A DNA stretch of 64,000 nucleotides from Octopus vulgaris (taxonomy: Eukaryota). Positions 49,653 through 62,874 of the stretch are shown in pieces. The position numbers and the translations under genes are program-made. The stretch lies in the NCBI GenBank assembly GCA_951406725.2, contig OX597820.1, positions 3,534,001-3,598,000 on the forward strand. The letters run 5' to 3'. The first letter of the stretch is position 1. Each line of letters opens with the position of its first letter. The notes beneath the pieces were generated by a model. That model was not told the DNA's origin, searched no databases, and saw nothing but the letters and a program-made list of their open reading frames with translations.

Positions 49653-52486
49653 GAAGAAAGAAAGAGAAAAAGGAAGGAAGGAAGGAATGAATGAAGGAAG
49701 GTTGATTGATTGGTTGGTTAAAGGTTCTCATATCGAATGCATATCATCAAATGCAAGATGGAAATTAAACTGATGTCATAAACCCAAGGAGCGCCATTCT
49801 TTTCATCACTAACATAATCATTCATTTCCCATTTTGACACCAGGCCAGCAATTTCGGGGATGGGTCCAAGTCGGTTACATTGATCCCAGTGCACAGCTGG
49901 TACTTCCTAACCCTAACACTATCGACGTCGAAAGGATGACAGGCAAAGTCGATCTCTACGCTATTTGAACTCAGAACGTAAAGTCGGACGAAACGCCGCT
50001 AAGCATTTCGTTCGGCATACAAACGATTCCGCCAGCTCGCCGTCTTATCATTTATGAAGGCGGTGAGCTGGCAGAATCGTTGGTGCGTCGGACAAAATGC
50101 TTAGCGGCATTTCTTTCCCCTCTTTACGTTCAAATTCCTCCGCATCTCGCTGCTGTCGCTTGGCCACAGGTCGGCCCTTTTTCCTTTTCATATTTCTTTT
50201 TCAGTATGGCTGTGGTTAAGAAGTTCGCTTTGCAGCCACGCAGTTTTGGGTTCAGTCCCACTACGTGACACCTTGGGCAAATGTCTTCTAGTATAGCCCC
50301 GGGCCGACCAATGCCTTGTAAGTGGATTTGGTATACGGAAACTGTGTTGAAGCCCGTTGTATATGTGTATGTCTGAGAGCGCGCGCGCGTGCATATGTAT
50401 GTGTGTGTGTGTGTGTATTTGCGTTTTCACCACCACCACCACCATCACCACCACTTTACAATCGATGCTGGTTTGTTTACGCCCTCGTACTTAGCAGTTC
50501 AACAAGAAGACCAAAACGATAAGAACTGGGGTCAATTTGTTCTACTAAAACCCCTTGAAAGCGGTGCCCCAGCATGGCCGCAAATCAGTGACTGAAACAA
50601 GTAAAAGATAAAATTTGAGTATTAGTCAACGTGTCCTTTAAAACAACAACAACAACAATAAAACAAAAACTGGTGTGTAATTGAGGGAGGTTTAATTGCT
50701 ATTTTTAGCAAGTCGATGAGACTCCATCGCGAGCAAGTTTTATATCTAAATGGAAATTCGTTACGGTGCAAGCGAACCGCAGCAGAAATCTTCGGAGCAG
50801 GAACTTCCACGAAGCAAGTGTTTTGTTCTGTTAATTCCCGACACCCTAAGGGTAGCCCGACCCACCTACGTCATGACACCTAGGCAGTACCATCTTAACA
50901 AAGTTATAGGCCACTGGGCAAATCAATGCACTTGATCCTTACTGTTTTTTTGTTAGCAATAAGTCACAACATACATAGGTCAATGATAGGCCCCTAGACC
51001 TTATGAGGCCCCAGGTAACGAACTACATACTGTGTCCAAGACTTATGACAAGACGACACTGCTCTAAAGTTTCCTCTAGTTACTTTTGAAATGCTGTCCT
51101 CAGGGTGGATTGAACTCGGAACCTTCGGTTGATCCTATAATAGTCTATCAAAGAAGATGAATACGGAAGATGTCAGATATAAAAATTCCTTTTCTGTACA
51201 TATCATCAGTTATTCTTGAGTTGCAAGAATCCTCTTCCCTGAACTGTGGTGTATGTTTAACACTCGGCCACAAAGACCACAGAAAGAAAAAAAAAACCCT
51301 TCCATTGCCGGTCTATGAAGCTGTCAGGTGTGAGATTCGCTGAATGAAAGGTTCTCCGCAATCTACACGAAGGGAAATAACTACCATTTTACCACAAACC
51401 TTCGTCTTTTGTCGGTCGAACTCCATCGACACCGAAAGTTTGTTGCGGCATCTTCTCTACACGTTAGTCAGGAAGAACTTTATTTGAAAAACTTTGTAAG
51501 TCATTTATTTTTACTAGATTGTTTAGAATGTCTAAATATAGCGCTATGTTATATAATAAACTACAAGAAGTGTTCTATTTACCATTATAGATTAAATCGA
51601 TTTTCCGTAACCTTGGGTTCCAAACTTATTTCGAATTACGGATTTTACTGTACCAGAGGTGGTCACATTGGTCAACATACGCTAAATTAAACTAATACTA
51701 AATCTATTTAAGTAACTAAAAGAAATACAGGTACCTGTTCGTTGGAGTAAATGATACAAGTGTATTAACTTGTACCGTACGAGGTACCAGTAAACTAGTC
51801 TGGTGGCCGATGGAATTTGAAGTTGCTGTTGGTAAATTAGTGTAGTTTATACGAGATTCCAGACCATCACTGTCAATCTTGTACCTGTATTTGTCGTGTT
51901 GTGGTGTTCATTATTCTTATATTAAAACGACGAAGCAACGATAGAAGTTTCGCTATCACTGAACTTGTTAAAAATAGTAAACAAATCACCCTCAAATTCC
52001 ACCCTGACATCGTTTTAAAACAACTGAAGTTACACATGAAGTCTTTGTAGATGCTATTAAAAGATGGGATGGCCACGGTTGGAATAGCATGACCTCGATC
52101 AAAATCGTTTCGATCATCTTTCACCGGGAAAGTAAACAAACACAACTGCAAAGAGACTGAGCGACGAGCTTAAGTTACGGTCGGATTAGAAATGTCTTTC
52201 GTGTTTATCAATTGTTTCCAACTGGGTTTCTAGCACCTGACTCTTCAGGAGGTTAACCTGGGTGGGGTGCCAATGTAGGCGCTGACGACCCACCCGTATA
52301 ACAGCTGGAACTCGATTACATATTACCAGTGCAAGCCCTTGTACATAGCGAAACTCGTGATTGGAACTAAGCATGTAATAAGACCCCTGGAACTGGGAGA
52401 TCGGAACACTCATGAAGGGAATGGAAAACTTCTAAATCAGATCCCAAATGTTTTGTAGGTCGCCTTTGGTTGGTTAAGAATAAATA

Positions 52487-52518
<32 letters not shown>

Positions 52519-52830
52519 AATTATGGTACTAAAGTGCTCAGGTGCACTACAATTCATCAAAGGTGCATGTACAGTACATAGGATTATGAGGAAAAGTCAG
52601 GAAAGTGAACTGTGTATGAGTCATGATGTACAGGTGTGCATGTATATAGAGTGGGGAGGGATGTCAGGTGTAGTGTTGGTGAATTTCAGGAATCATGGAG
52701 GTTTTAAAGGATGCAATGTCTCAGCAACTAACAACTGATGCAGGTAGTTTGTTCCATGCTTCAGTGACTCTGAGTGTGAAAAACTGTTTCTGGAAGTCAT
52801 GGGGCGCTGTGCTGCTTTCTGACTTTGTAT
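52487..52830 (-). mobile_element. CR1/L2-group LINE 3' fragment (same family as 858-1260)
   Basis: Colinear with 858-1170; long (TTA)n tail. Confidence 0.75.
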
Positions 52831-53792
52831 GAGGCATTCCCACGGAGAAGGAAACATTCATATAAAACTTGTGGTTTAATGATTCCACTGGTCATCTTGA
52901 TCTTATTTTTTTACGTTACTCGCCTTACTACCAACATCGCCTTACTGGCACCTGTGCCGGTGGCATGTGTAAAAGGATTCGAGTGAGGTCACTGCCGGTA
53001 CAGCCTGACTGGCGCCCGTGCCAGTGGCATGTAAAAAGCACCCACTACACTCATGGAGTGGTTGGCGTTAGGAAGGGTATCCAGCTGTAGAAACTCTGCC
53101 AGATCAAGATTGGAGTCTGGTGCGGCCGTCTGGTTCGCCAGCCCTCAGTCAAAATCGTCCAACCCATGCCAGCGTGGAAAGCGGACGTTAAACGATGATG
53201 ATGATGATGTCATGGTAGCTGAGAGGTAGTGAGTGGTGTTCGTGTTGCACAACCTCCTATCACTATTTTGTATGATATACTTTGCTAACATCATTCCACT
53301 TTATGCTTCTTACAACTTGTTTTATTCTGTATTTATCCTCCAAAGCGTTTTGATGGTGAATGCACAGACTTAAAGAATTGGAAGTCTGCTGTCACAAGCC
53401 TAAAATGCATCACCTCTCCCCAGAGGTCAAAATGGGTTTGTGTAGGGCCAACGTCCCTAACTAGAAAAAGCAAAGTTACAGGAGCATTGATGATAATTCA
53501 AAACTAAGAAGACCCGGGAGAGGAAGACCTTCCGTTGGGAAACATGACACAGGGCAGCAAAATCTGAAAAAGCAGCAGGGATCCAACTGGAAAGAAGCAG
53601 ACAAATGAACAGCTTGGAGTTGAGAAAAGCAGAGTAAGGGGGTCGATGGCCTAGACACGACAAGGAGTAAAGGGCACGATGGAAAGGGATGAATTACTAG
53701 TTCTTTCTTCTCTCCATTCTTTCACTTTTGTGATTGTGCTGCCACAAACTCCATCTTGGCAACTGTTAGGCTTTGAACCAAAACTTTCCTAA

Positions 53793-54006
53793 CTTTACTC
53801 TTTTACTTGTTTCAGTCATTTGACTGTGACCATGCTGGAGCACCACCTTTAGTCGAGCAAATCGACCCCGGGACTTATTCTTTGTAAGCCCAGTACTTAT
53901 TCTATCAGTCTCTTTTGCTGAACCGCTAAGTGACGGGGATGTAAAACACCAGCATCGGTTGTCAAGCAATGCTAGGGGGACAAACACAGACACACAAACA
54001 TACACG

Positions 54007-54037
<31 letters not shown>

Positions 54038-54208
54038 ATATATACGACAGGCTTCTTTCAGTTTCCGTCTACCAAATCCACTCACAAGGCATTGGTTGGT
54101 CCGAGGCTATAGCAGAAGACACTTGCCCAAGATGCCGCGCAGTGGGACTGAACCTGGAACCATGTGGTTGGTAAAGCAAGCTACTTACCACACAGCCACT
54201 CCTGCGTC
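53793..54208 (-). mobile_element. SINE family 1, young subfamily copy
   Basis: Full length with the same diagnostic positions; followed by another copy at 54290-55082(-) with an expanded (TA/TG)n interior. Confidence 0.85.
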
Positions 54209-54515
54209 TATAGGAATGTTTTAACATTTCCTTTTTTTTTTGTGGTTTTAGAATATCAAAACTATTAAGAGACAGTCTTTTACGTGTTTCTTACTCTTTT
54301 ACTTGTTTCAGTCATTTGACTGCAGCCATGCTGGAGCACCACCTTTAGTTGAATAAATCTACCCCAGGACTTATTGTTTGTAAGCCTAGTACTTATTCTA
54401 TCAGTCTCTTTTTGCCAAACCGCTAAGTGACAGATATGTAAACACACCAACATCGGTTGTCAAGTGATGGTTGTGAGACAGACACAAACACATACATATA
54501 CACACACACACACAG

Positions 54516-54579
<64 letters not shown>

Positions 54580-54652
54580 ATATATATGTGTGTATATATA
54601 TATGTGTATATATATGTATGTGTATATATATATGTGTATATATATGTATGTG

Positions 54653-54719
<67 letters not shown>

Positions 54720-54872
54720 ATATATATATATACATACATATTTATACACATATATATATATTGGCCTGCTCGTTTAGCCAGCGGGTTGGCGTCATTCGAA
54801 GGCTAAAACAATGCGAATGCATTGTGACCAGTGATGTGTAACTACATCTGATGGACTGGTCGGTCACGTGAT

Positions 54873-54922
<50 letters not shown>

Positions 54923-55170
54923 CAGGCTTCTTTCAGTTTCCATCTATCAAATCCACTCACAAGGCTTTGGTCTGCCCGAGGCTATAGTAGAAGACACTTA
55001 CCCAAGGTGCCGTGCAGTGGGACTGAACCTGGAACCATGTAGTTGGGAAGCAAGCTTCTTACCACACAGCCACTCTTGCACCCATATTTTATTGATATAT
55101 TCATGTTGTTTTCTTTATTCTATTTTATTTTATTTTGTTTTACAGACGAAACACCTGTCTTGGATCAGAA

Positions 55171-55482
55171 ATGATTGTAACAAAAAGGTTTATATTTGAC
55201 GTAATTGATAAAAGGACTGTCTCAAAATTGATGCCTCTTTACCGATTGAAAAGTCATTTGCAGAATGCTGATCAGCCGAAAGAAATTTACCAAAATCCAA
55301 TTTTAAAACTTCAGAAATATCTCCAAGAACCTATTTTAGAAGATCATTTAATTTTCCAACCAAACCCCAAGGAAATCCAGGAAGGAATGACATTATTTGA
55401 ACCACATGGGAAAAAACACAAAGTAAAGTTTCTGAAATCGGTATTTGATGTGAAAGATCTTCCAGATGAGAAATTGCCTGAG
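55171..55482 (+). CDS. GTPBP8: GTPBP8 (EngB/YihA-family GTPase) first visible coding exon
   Basis: Acceptor ttttgttttacag| at 55145. ATG 55171; MIVTKRF...HKVKFLKSVFDVKDLPDEKLPE, the typical pre-G1 segment. Donor GAG|GTATAA; phase 0. The frame is open back to the acceptor, so an N-terminal extension is possible. Confidence 0.85.
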
Positions 55483-55723
55483 GTATAAGACATTTTTGTA
55501 GTCTTTTAGTCGAATGGGTTTTTTTTTTCTGTTCAAAAAACAAATTGTCTTCTTTCTGTAATGTCTTTTACAATTCTGTACCACCATTTTCTCATCTTAA
55601 AATTCAATTATAAAATTCACACGTTTAGTTATTTCTCTTCACTCATTATTGTTTAAATTATGCAAATCACCTCAGCCATAACAGTGTTCAACTCTTTTCT
55701 GTGTCAGTCTAAGTCCCTTGGCT

Positions 55724-55807
55724 TCTGGAGATAAAGTCAGACAAGTGATGTGCTGATGATGGCTATTGAGGCAGAAACATGTTTAGGACTGTCTTCTTAT
55801 CTCCAGA
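55724..55807 (+). ncRNA. Degenerate hammerhead motif with extended flanking helix
   Basis: CTGATGA(55753)-TGGCT-ATTG-AGGCA-GAAA-CATG-TT; AACATGTT palindrome; flanks TCTGGAGATAA/TTATCTCCAGA pair. Proximal stem I is poor. Confidence 0.45.
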
Positions 55808-56019
55808 CAATAAGCTGGTTCTTTTCCTTAATGGTATCTCAACTCTGGAGAATTCTTGAATATTGAGATTATCTCCCTTCCTCAAGTGGAACTGGTCTTA
55901 AATGCCTTTTGATAATAATGACACATCTTCTAGAGGCAGAAATAGTTTTAATCAATCAAAAATTTATATTGTATGGTATTTAGTACACCACTATTTGTCT
56001 ATGTATACATATGTGTATA

Positions 56020-56184
56020 GGCGCAGGAGTGGCTGTGTGGTAAGTAGCTTGCTAACCAACCACATGGTTCCGGGTTCAGTCCCACTGCGTGGCATCTTGG
56101 GCAAGTGTCTTCTGCAATAGCCCCGGGCCGACCAATGCCTTGTGAGTAGATTTGGTAGACGGAAACTGAAAGAAGCCTGTCGTA

Positions 56185-56222
<38 letters not shown>

Positions 56223-56465
56223 TATTTATATACATACATATATATATTTATATATATACATACATATTATATATACACATACATTGCTTGACAACCGATG
56301 CTGGTGTGTTTACATCCCCGTCACTTAGCGGTTCGGCAAGAGAGACCGATAGAATAAGTACTGGGCTTACAAAGAATGAGTCCCGGGGTCGATTTGCTCG
56401 ACTGAAGGTGGTTCTCCAGCATGGCCACAGTCAAATGACTGAAACAAGTAAAAGAGTAAAAAGAG
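56020..56465 (+). mobile_element. SINE family 1, young subfamily copy
   Basis: Full length, GGCGCAGGAGTGGCTGTGTGG...GAAACAAGTAAAAGAG; inverted relative to 53793-54208. Confidence 0.85.
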
Positions 56466-57175
56466 AGTATGTGTGGTTACAGACTTGATTGTATGGTTCT
56501 GGTTTGATCCCACTGTTTGACTCTCCTGCCATAGACTTGAGTCAACCAAAGCTTCTCATTCATTTTTTTAAGGTTCAATTTCCCATGCTGGCATGGGTCA
56601 GATTAGTATATATAATTGAAGCCTTGTTTTTACAGCCAGATTTCTTTCCTATTGCTGACCCTTACCTGTTGTGTTCATGTAAGGAATCTCATTTACAATA
56701 CTTCTTTGAAAGTGCAGAGCCAGCAGATTATTTTACAGACAGGAAATTGACAACAACCTTCACAGATCTCTCTCTCATGGGTTGGACAGTGTCACAAGAG
56801 CTGGCAAGCCAGAGGCCTATGCCAAGCTATGTTGTCTGTTTTGGCCTGGATGCCCTTCTTAATGCCAACCACTTCACAGAATGTACTTGGCACTTTTTTC
56901 ATGGCACCAGCACCAGTGGGGTTCTTTCAGTTTCTGTCTACCAAAGTTATTCTCAAGGCATTGGTTGATTCAGGGCTATACTAAAAGACATTTATCCAAG
57001 GTGCCATGAAGTGGAACTGAACTCAAAACCACGTAGTTGTAAAGAGAGCTTCTTAACCACCCAACCCTGTAAGATTCACACACACGCACACAAACATACC
57101 TTGGAGTATTTACTTACAATGTATCACTCTAATTCGTTTTGTTTCATCTTTTATTTCTCTTATAACAATTAATAA

Positions 57176-57352
<177 letters not shown>

Positions 57353-58159
57353 TAAAGGACCCTGGATCAATCCTGGTTTTCAGCATCCAGCGGCTGGTCT
57401 GATTACTCAGGCACAAGCGTGGCTGTGTGGTAAGAAGCTTGCTTCCCAAACACATGGCTCTCGGCTCAGTCCTACTCTGTGGCACCTTAGGCAAGTATCT
57501 TCTGTTTTAGCCTTGGGCTGACCAAAGCCTTGTAAGTGGATTTGGTAGACGGAAACTAAAACAAGCTTTTTGTATGTATGTATATATGTTGATCTGTTTA
57601 TTTTCATATCTATATATATACATACATATATATATATATTTATATATATACATATTTATATACATACATATATATATATATATTTATATACATACATACA
57701 TATTATATATACACATACATACATTTATATACATACATATTTATATACATACATGCATGTATATATATATATATAAATATATACACACACACATTCAATG
57801 GGCTTCTTTAAGTTTCCTTCTACCAAATCCACTCACAAGGCTTTGGTCAGCCTAAGGCTATAGTAGAAGACACTTGCCCAAGGTGTCATGCAGTAGGACT
57901 GAACCCAGAACCATGTGGTTGGGAAGCAGACTTCTTACCACACAGCCACATATCCTTCAATTTCATTCTAAAGATAAACAATCACATCATTGAAATTCCA
58001 AAGCCATGACATAAAAGCATGATTAATTGCAGACAATCTGAAGAAATGAGGATTGCATTTGACAGAGTAATCTGAATGCGAAATGGTTGAGATAATGATT
58101 TTGCTCTTAAATATTATGGAAATTTAAATTCCTGATCATAGTAAAGTGTTGTTGTTTAA

Positions 58160-58383
58160 CCCTTTCGTTATCAACCCAGCTGAAACTGCCTCTGGGTCTG
58201 TAGTACAAATGTCTTGTTTTCATAAGTTTTGAATTAAAATCTTCCACCAAATCTTAGTCACAATTTATGTTCCTAACACTAGCTTAATGATAACTAAGTT
58301 ATTTTACTAAATTCTTTTTGTTATAATTAAAATTAATTGAAAGAAACACAGAGCATCTCAACAGAAATATGGAAACGAAAGGG
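58160..58383. mobile_element. piggyBac-type MITE
   Basis: TTAA TSD on both sides, TIRs CCCTTTCGTT/AACGAAAGGG; a right-truncated copy lies at 20831-~21035. Confidence 0.8.
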
Positions 58384-58857
58384 TTAAGCCATTCTTTGAT
58401 GAGATGGAATGCATACATTATGTATAAATGATGATGATGATGATGATCCCTTGGGTGACAAGGAAATCATTGTAAACAATTCAGTCTCTCTTCTTTTTTG
58501 GGGGGTTTAGAATCATAACTTTAAAATATCATCATCATCATGATCATCATTGTCAGTTAACATCTGTCTTCCATGCTGGCATGGGTTAGATGGTTACACA
58601 AGAGCTGGCCTGCTGGAGAGCTACACCAGGGTCCTGCTGTCTGTTTTGGCATGGCTCCTGTGGTTGGATGTCCTTCCTAATGCCAACCACTTTACAAAGG
58701 GTGGTGATTGCTTCTTACAGGTAACAGCATGGAAGCTTTATGCAAAGCACCTGTCTCCTTATCATTTAATATTTTAAGGCCAAAGTTTTCATGAAATATT
58801 GTCATTCCAAGTTATTCTTTATGAAAATCAAAATCCATTCTTTCAAATTTAATTTAG

Positions 58858-58988
58858 GGTCGAACAAAATGTCTAAACTTTTATGAACTGGAGAACACAT
58901 TTCGTTTAATCGACATGCCAGGTTATGGTTACAACATGCCGGAACATTTCGTTGAAAGTGTGGAGAATTACATCAGTTCAAGAAGAAA
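58858..58988 (+). CDS. GTPBP8: GTPBP8 exon with G2 (GRT) and G3 (DMPGYG)
   Basis: aatttag|GRTKCLNFYELENTFRLIDMPGYGYNMPEHFVESVENYISSRR-AA|GTAAGT; 131 nt; phase 0->2. Confidence 0.95.
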
Positions 58989-59087
58989 GTAAGTAGACAT
59001 CATGAGCCAGAATCTTAATTTTCATCGTTAGAATTAAACCTGTTTTGCTTTGTTTCATTTCGTAATTCTTAAACGTAAGCCAAATAT

Positions 59088-59565
59088 AACAAGAGCACTC
59101 AAAGAGGGCAAACCTCCACCAACAATTACCCAAAGAGGATTTTTAAAATGAGAATATCTGAAATAAACTCGACTGCTCTCACAAACGAGAATACTAAAAA
59201 TGAATCCGACTGCTCTCAGAAATTAAGTTTTAAAAAAATGGAAAAAATAATCCAGAATCCTTGTTCGGTACCGGATTGATCCCAATGGTAGCCATGGAAT
59301 GTGAAGGTGGCTGTAGAAAATTTAGTAACAATAAAAAATAGTTTATCCTTATTTGATACAAGCCAAAGTTAACAAATTCACCATTCAAAATAGTTTCAAA
59401 GGCAGAGATGATAATAGTAAATCCTACTCAGGAATTTTAAATGAATAGCATGAGACCTTTTAGCTTTCTCTTCTCCTAAATTCCGGCCTGGCCTTCCTTT
59501 TGTAATCCTGTTGTTTTAGATCAATGTATAGATGTAAGTATACTGTAAAAGTATTAATATGTATG

Positions 59566-59602
<37 letters not shown>

Positions 59603-59685
59603 TAATCCAAACAAGAAAACAAAAAGACAACAACGCGAGGATGTGGAACAAATAAAGTATTATTGAACGCTCAGGAAAGAAGGAG

Positions 59686-59723
<38 letters not shown>

Positions 59724-60090
59724 AAATATGTGTTATTTAATTTCTGAACGGTTTTGCTGCCGTGTGTTTATGTAGTTTCATTTCTTTATCCATGAGTTTC
59801 TACTAAGATAGAGATGCGAGTAAAATTAATAATAGAGAAACGAAAACAAAACTTTGGAAACCGTCTAAGGGGAGATAATTGAGAAAGACTTGAAAGTGAA
59901 AGTAAAATCGTAATGCCGTAAATCTAACAAATAATGCAGAACGATCCCAGGATCTAATGAGTTTGGGCCAGTCACGAGGCCAAACATCCCTGAAAGTTCC
60001 ATCTGAATCCATTCAGCCGTTCTTGAGATATCTTGTCCACAATACCTGAAAGCAATACCTCCGCCGCCTTCGCTAAGGCAGAGGTAATAA
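59088..60090 (-). mobile_element. Second HINE-like copy, split by a ~660-bp insertion
   Basis: 59088-59284 and 59943-60090 are reverse-complement matches to 17526-17897; GATCCCA is duplicated at the break points. Confidence 0.6.
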
Positions 60091-61928
60091 TAGAAGCCAG
60101 AACAGATTTTTTTATTATTACAAGCATCCTCTTCGCCCCAGACGCCATGTCTGCTGGCCAAGATTGGTTCTGATACCAGGGGACATTGTGCATACACACA
60201 CACCCACACCCTATGTTTCAAAGACTATTTCCAACCAGTTCATAAACCTATCTTGCTCAACAAGAACCTAATTAATTTCTATACAAATGAGATGCAGCCA
60301 TGGTTGTGTGGTAAGTCGCTTGCTTCCCAACCACATGGTTCTAGGTTCAGTCTCATTGCATGGCACCTTGGGCAAGTCTTTTCTACTATAGGCAACCAAA
60401 TCATTGTGAGCAGATTTGGTAGATGAAAACTGAAAGAAGCCTGTGTGTGTGTCTTTGAGTCTGTGTTTGTCCCCCACCACTGCTTCACGATGGTATCAGG
60501 TTCTTTATGTTCCCAGGACTTAGCAGTTCAGCAAAAAGAATTGAGAGAATAAGTACCAAACTTTTAAAAAATAATAAGCCCTGGGGTTGATTTGTTTGGC
60601 TCAAAGATCCTGCAAGGCAGTTCTCCAGCATGGCTGCAGTCAACGGATTGTAACAAGGGAAAGATACAAAGAGAGATTTAAATCCCAAAATTGACCAAAG
60701 AAATTCTACAACAGAACAAAGATCACTTGGTGCATTCTTTTAATTTTTCAACATTTTACTTGTTTCAGTCATTCGACTGTGGTCATGCTGGAGCGCCACC
60801 TTTAGTCAAATAAATCGACCCCCAGGACTTATTCTTTATAAGCCTAGTACTTATTCTACAGGTTTCTTTTGCCAAACTGCTAAGTTACAGGAACGTAAAC
60901 ACACCAACACCGGTTGTCAAGTGATGGGGTGGGGGGACAAACACAGACACACAAACATATACATATAGTAATCCTTCGACTACTGCAGGTGTTACATTTC
61001 ACAACCACCCCCCCCACTCCATGATTGGTGAAAATCTGCGAAGTAGAAACTAGAAACAGTGTTGTATATTTAAAATATATTTATTTTATTAGAAATGCAA
61101 AACAACACCACAGAGAAATCGACGTAAGCTCAAATAAGAAATCGCGATATGGCGAGGGATTACTGCATATATATGTATATATGACAGGCTTCTTTCAGTT
61201 TCCGTCTGCCAAATCCACTCACGAGGCTTTGGTCGGCCCAAGGCTATAGTGGAAGACACTTGCCCAAGGTGCCACACAGTGGAACTGTGTGGTTGGGAAG
61301 CAAGCTTCTCACCACACAGCCACTACTCTCTTTTATTCGGTTCAGTTATTTGACTGCGGCCATGCTGGAGCACCGCCTTTAATCGAGCAACTCGACCCCG
61401 GGACTTATTCTATCGGTCTCTTTTTGCTGAACCGCTAAGAAACGGGGACATAAACACACCAGCATCGGTTGTCAAGCAATGCTAGGGGGACAAACACAAA
61501 CACACACACGCATATATATATACGACGGGCTTCTTTCAGTTTCCGTCTACCAAATCCACTCACAAGGCTTTGGTCGGCCCGAGGCTATAGTAGAAGACAC
61601 TTGCCCAAGGTGCCACACAGTGGGACTGAACCCGGAACCATGTGGTTGGTAAGCAAGCTACTTACCACACAGCCGCTCCTGCGCAAAGGGAAAAATAAAA
61701 TTATTCTGCGTCTAATTCTAATAACTGAAAAGCAAAGTTAGAAAATGGTTGATCTGTTGATAAGTTTCATTTCCAAAATTCTGATTTTACTTCAGATGCC
61801 ATATTTGATCTGGATTAAGATAAATAGACATTGGTACTTTACTTGTGCAAAGATCTTGTCTTGATTAGTCAACCCTTTTTTTTTCAAGCTTTAATCACAA
61901 TAAAACATTTTATTTTTGTCTTTTACAG

Positions 61929-62028
61929 TTTAACCCGAACATTCTTATTGATTGATTCCAAAGTTGGAATCTTATCTGCTGACAAAATTGCTTTTAAAAT
62001 GTTTGAAGAATTCAGTATTCCTTACGTT
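61929..62028 (+). CDS. GTPBP8: GTPBP8 exon; the G4 (TKxD) exon is expected beyond the window
   Basis: tcttttacag|T completes AAT, then LTRTFLLIDSKVGILSADKIAFKMFEEFSIPYV|GTAAGT; 100 nt; phase 2->0. Confidence 0.93.
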
Positions 62029-62369
62029 GTAAGTATTCTTTTGACTATTGTTGCACGATGTATGAAGATGGCATGAGATCTTGCAAAGATTTTGGTTTTG
62101 TTACTGTTGAGTTGAATAAACCGTTCTTCTGAGGACATTTGGAATTCTTTTTTCTAATGCTTTCCGATTCTGGCACAAAACCAGCAATTTTGAGGGTGGG
62201 GCTGCAGGCAGTTGATAAATTACGTTAATTCCAATAGAGTGGAACTAATGAACAGAAACTGCTGATAAAAGCCCCATTTTCTGTGTGTTTGTATGTTATA
62301 TATATGTGTGTGAGTGATAGATCGCTGGCCACTAAACCTTCTTTTTATTTTCTCTCTCTCTCTGTGTTC

Positions 62370-62405
62370 CTTTCTGTCGAAGAGCATAGGCTCGAAACGT
62401 AAAAG
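62370..62405 (+). ncRNA. Variant hammerhead motif (CUGUCGA core), sense to GTPBP8 pre-mRNA
   Basis: CTTT-CTGTCGA-A-GAGC-ATAG-GCTC-GAAA-CG-TA-AAAG; ACGT palindrome intact; homologous to the 30512-30549 copy. Confidence 0.55.
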
Positions 62406-62500
62406 ACTTTCTCACTTCTCGAGTGCTAAACTAATACATCAGTTTGTTGTTTACACACCCGTCTTCATCTTTTGTAAATTCCCACTATATATATATATCA

Positions 62501-62874
62501 TCTTTATATATAAAAGTGAGGTTGTGTTCTGTCTGTTGCCTACGATTTAGATTCCTAACTACTTAACCAAAACCAGGTATCTTATAGTCGTGATTCATAT
62601 CGAGCCCTTCTGGGTATTAGCGTGCGTCTACGATGAGTCTACGATTAAAAAAAAAATTTACCATTAATTTTTCCCATTTTAAATGCATTTCTGGCATATA
62701 TAAGGGAAGTAACTCTCTAAAAATTTAATTTATTATTAAATCTCAGAACGTAAAAAGCTACAGTAACACTTTGTGGTTAGCCATATTGAGATGGCAATTA
62801 TACTTTACATCTCTAAAAATGCTTATATAGTTATTTCCCTTACAAATCCGAGCAACGCCGGGCGATACTGCTAG
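62501..62874 (+). mobile_element. Non-autonomous Helitron
   Basis: A|TC 5' end (TCTTTATATATAAAAGTGAGG), subterminal hairpin (T)CCGAGCAACGCCGG(G) and 3' end CTAG|T; inserted in (TA)n. Confidence 0.8.

Noticed and set aside
51873-52151. 92-aa minus ORF with a hydrophobic stretch as a separate gene
   Set aside because: No homology recognised and no downstream coding exons found; a UTR exon or chance ORF is more parsimonious.
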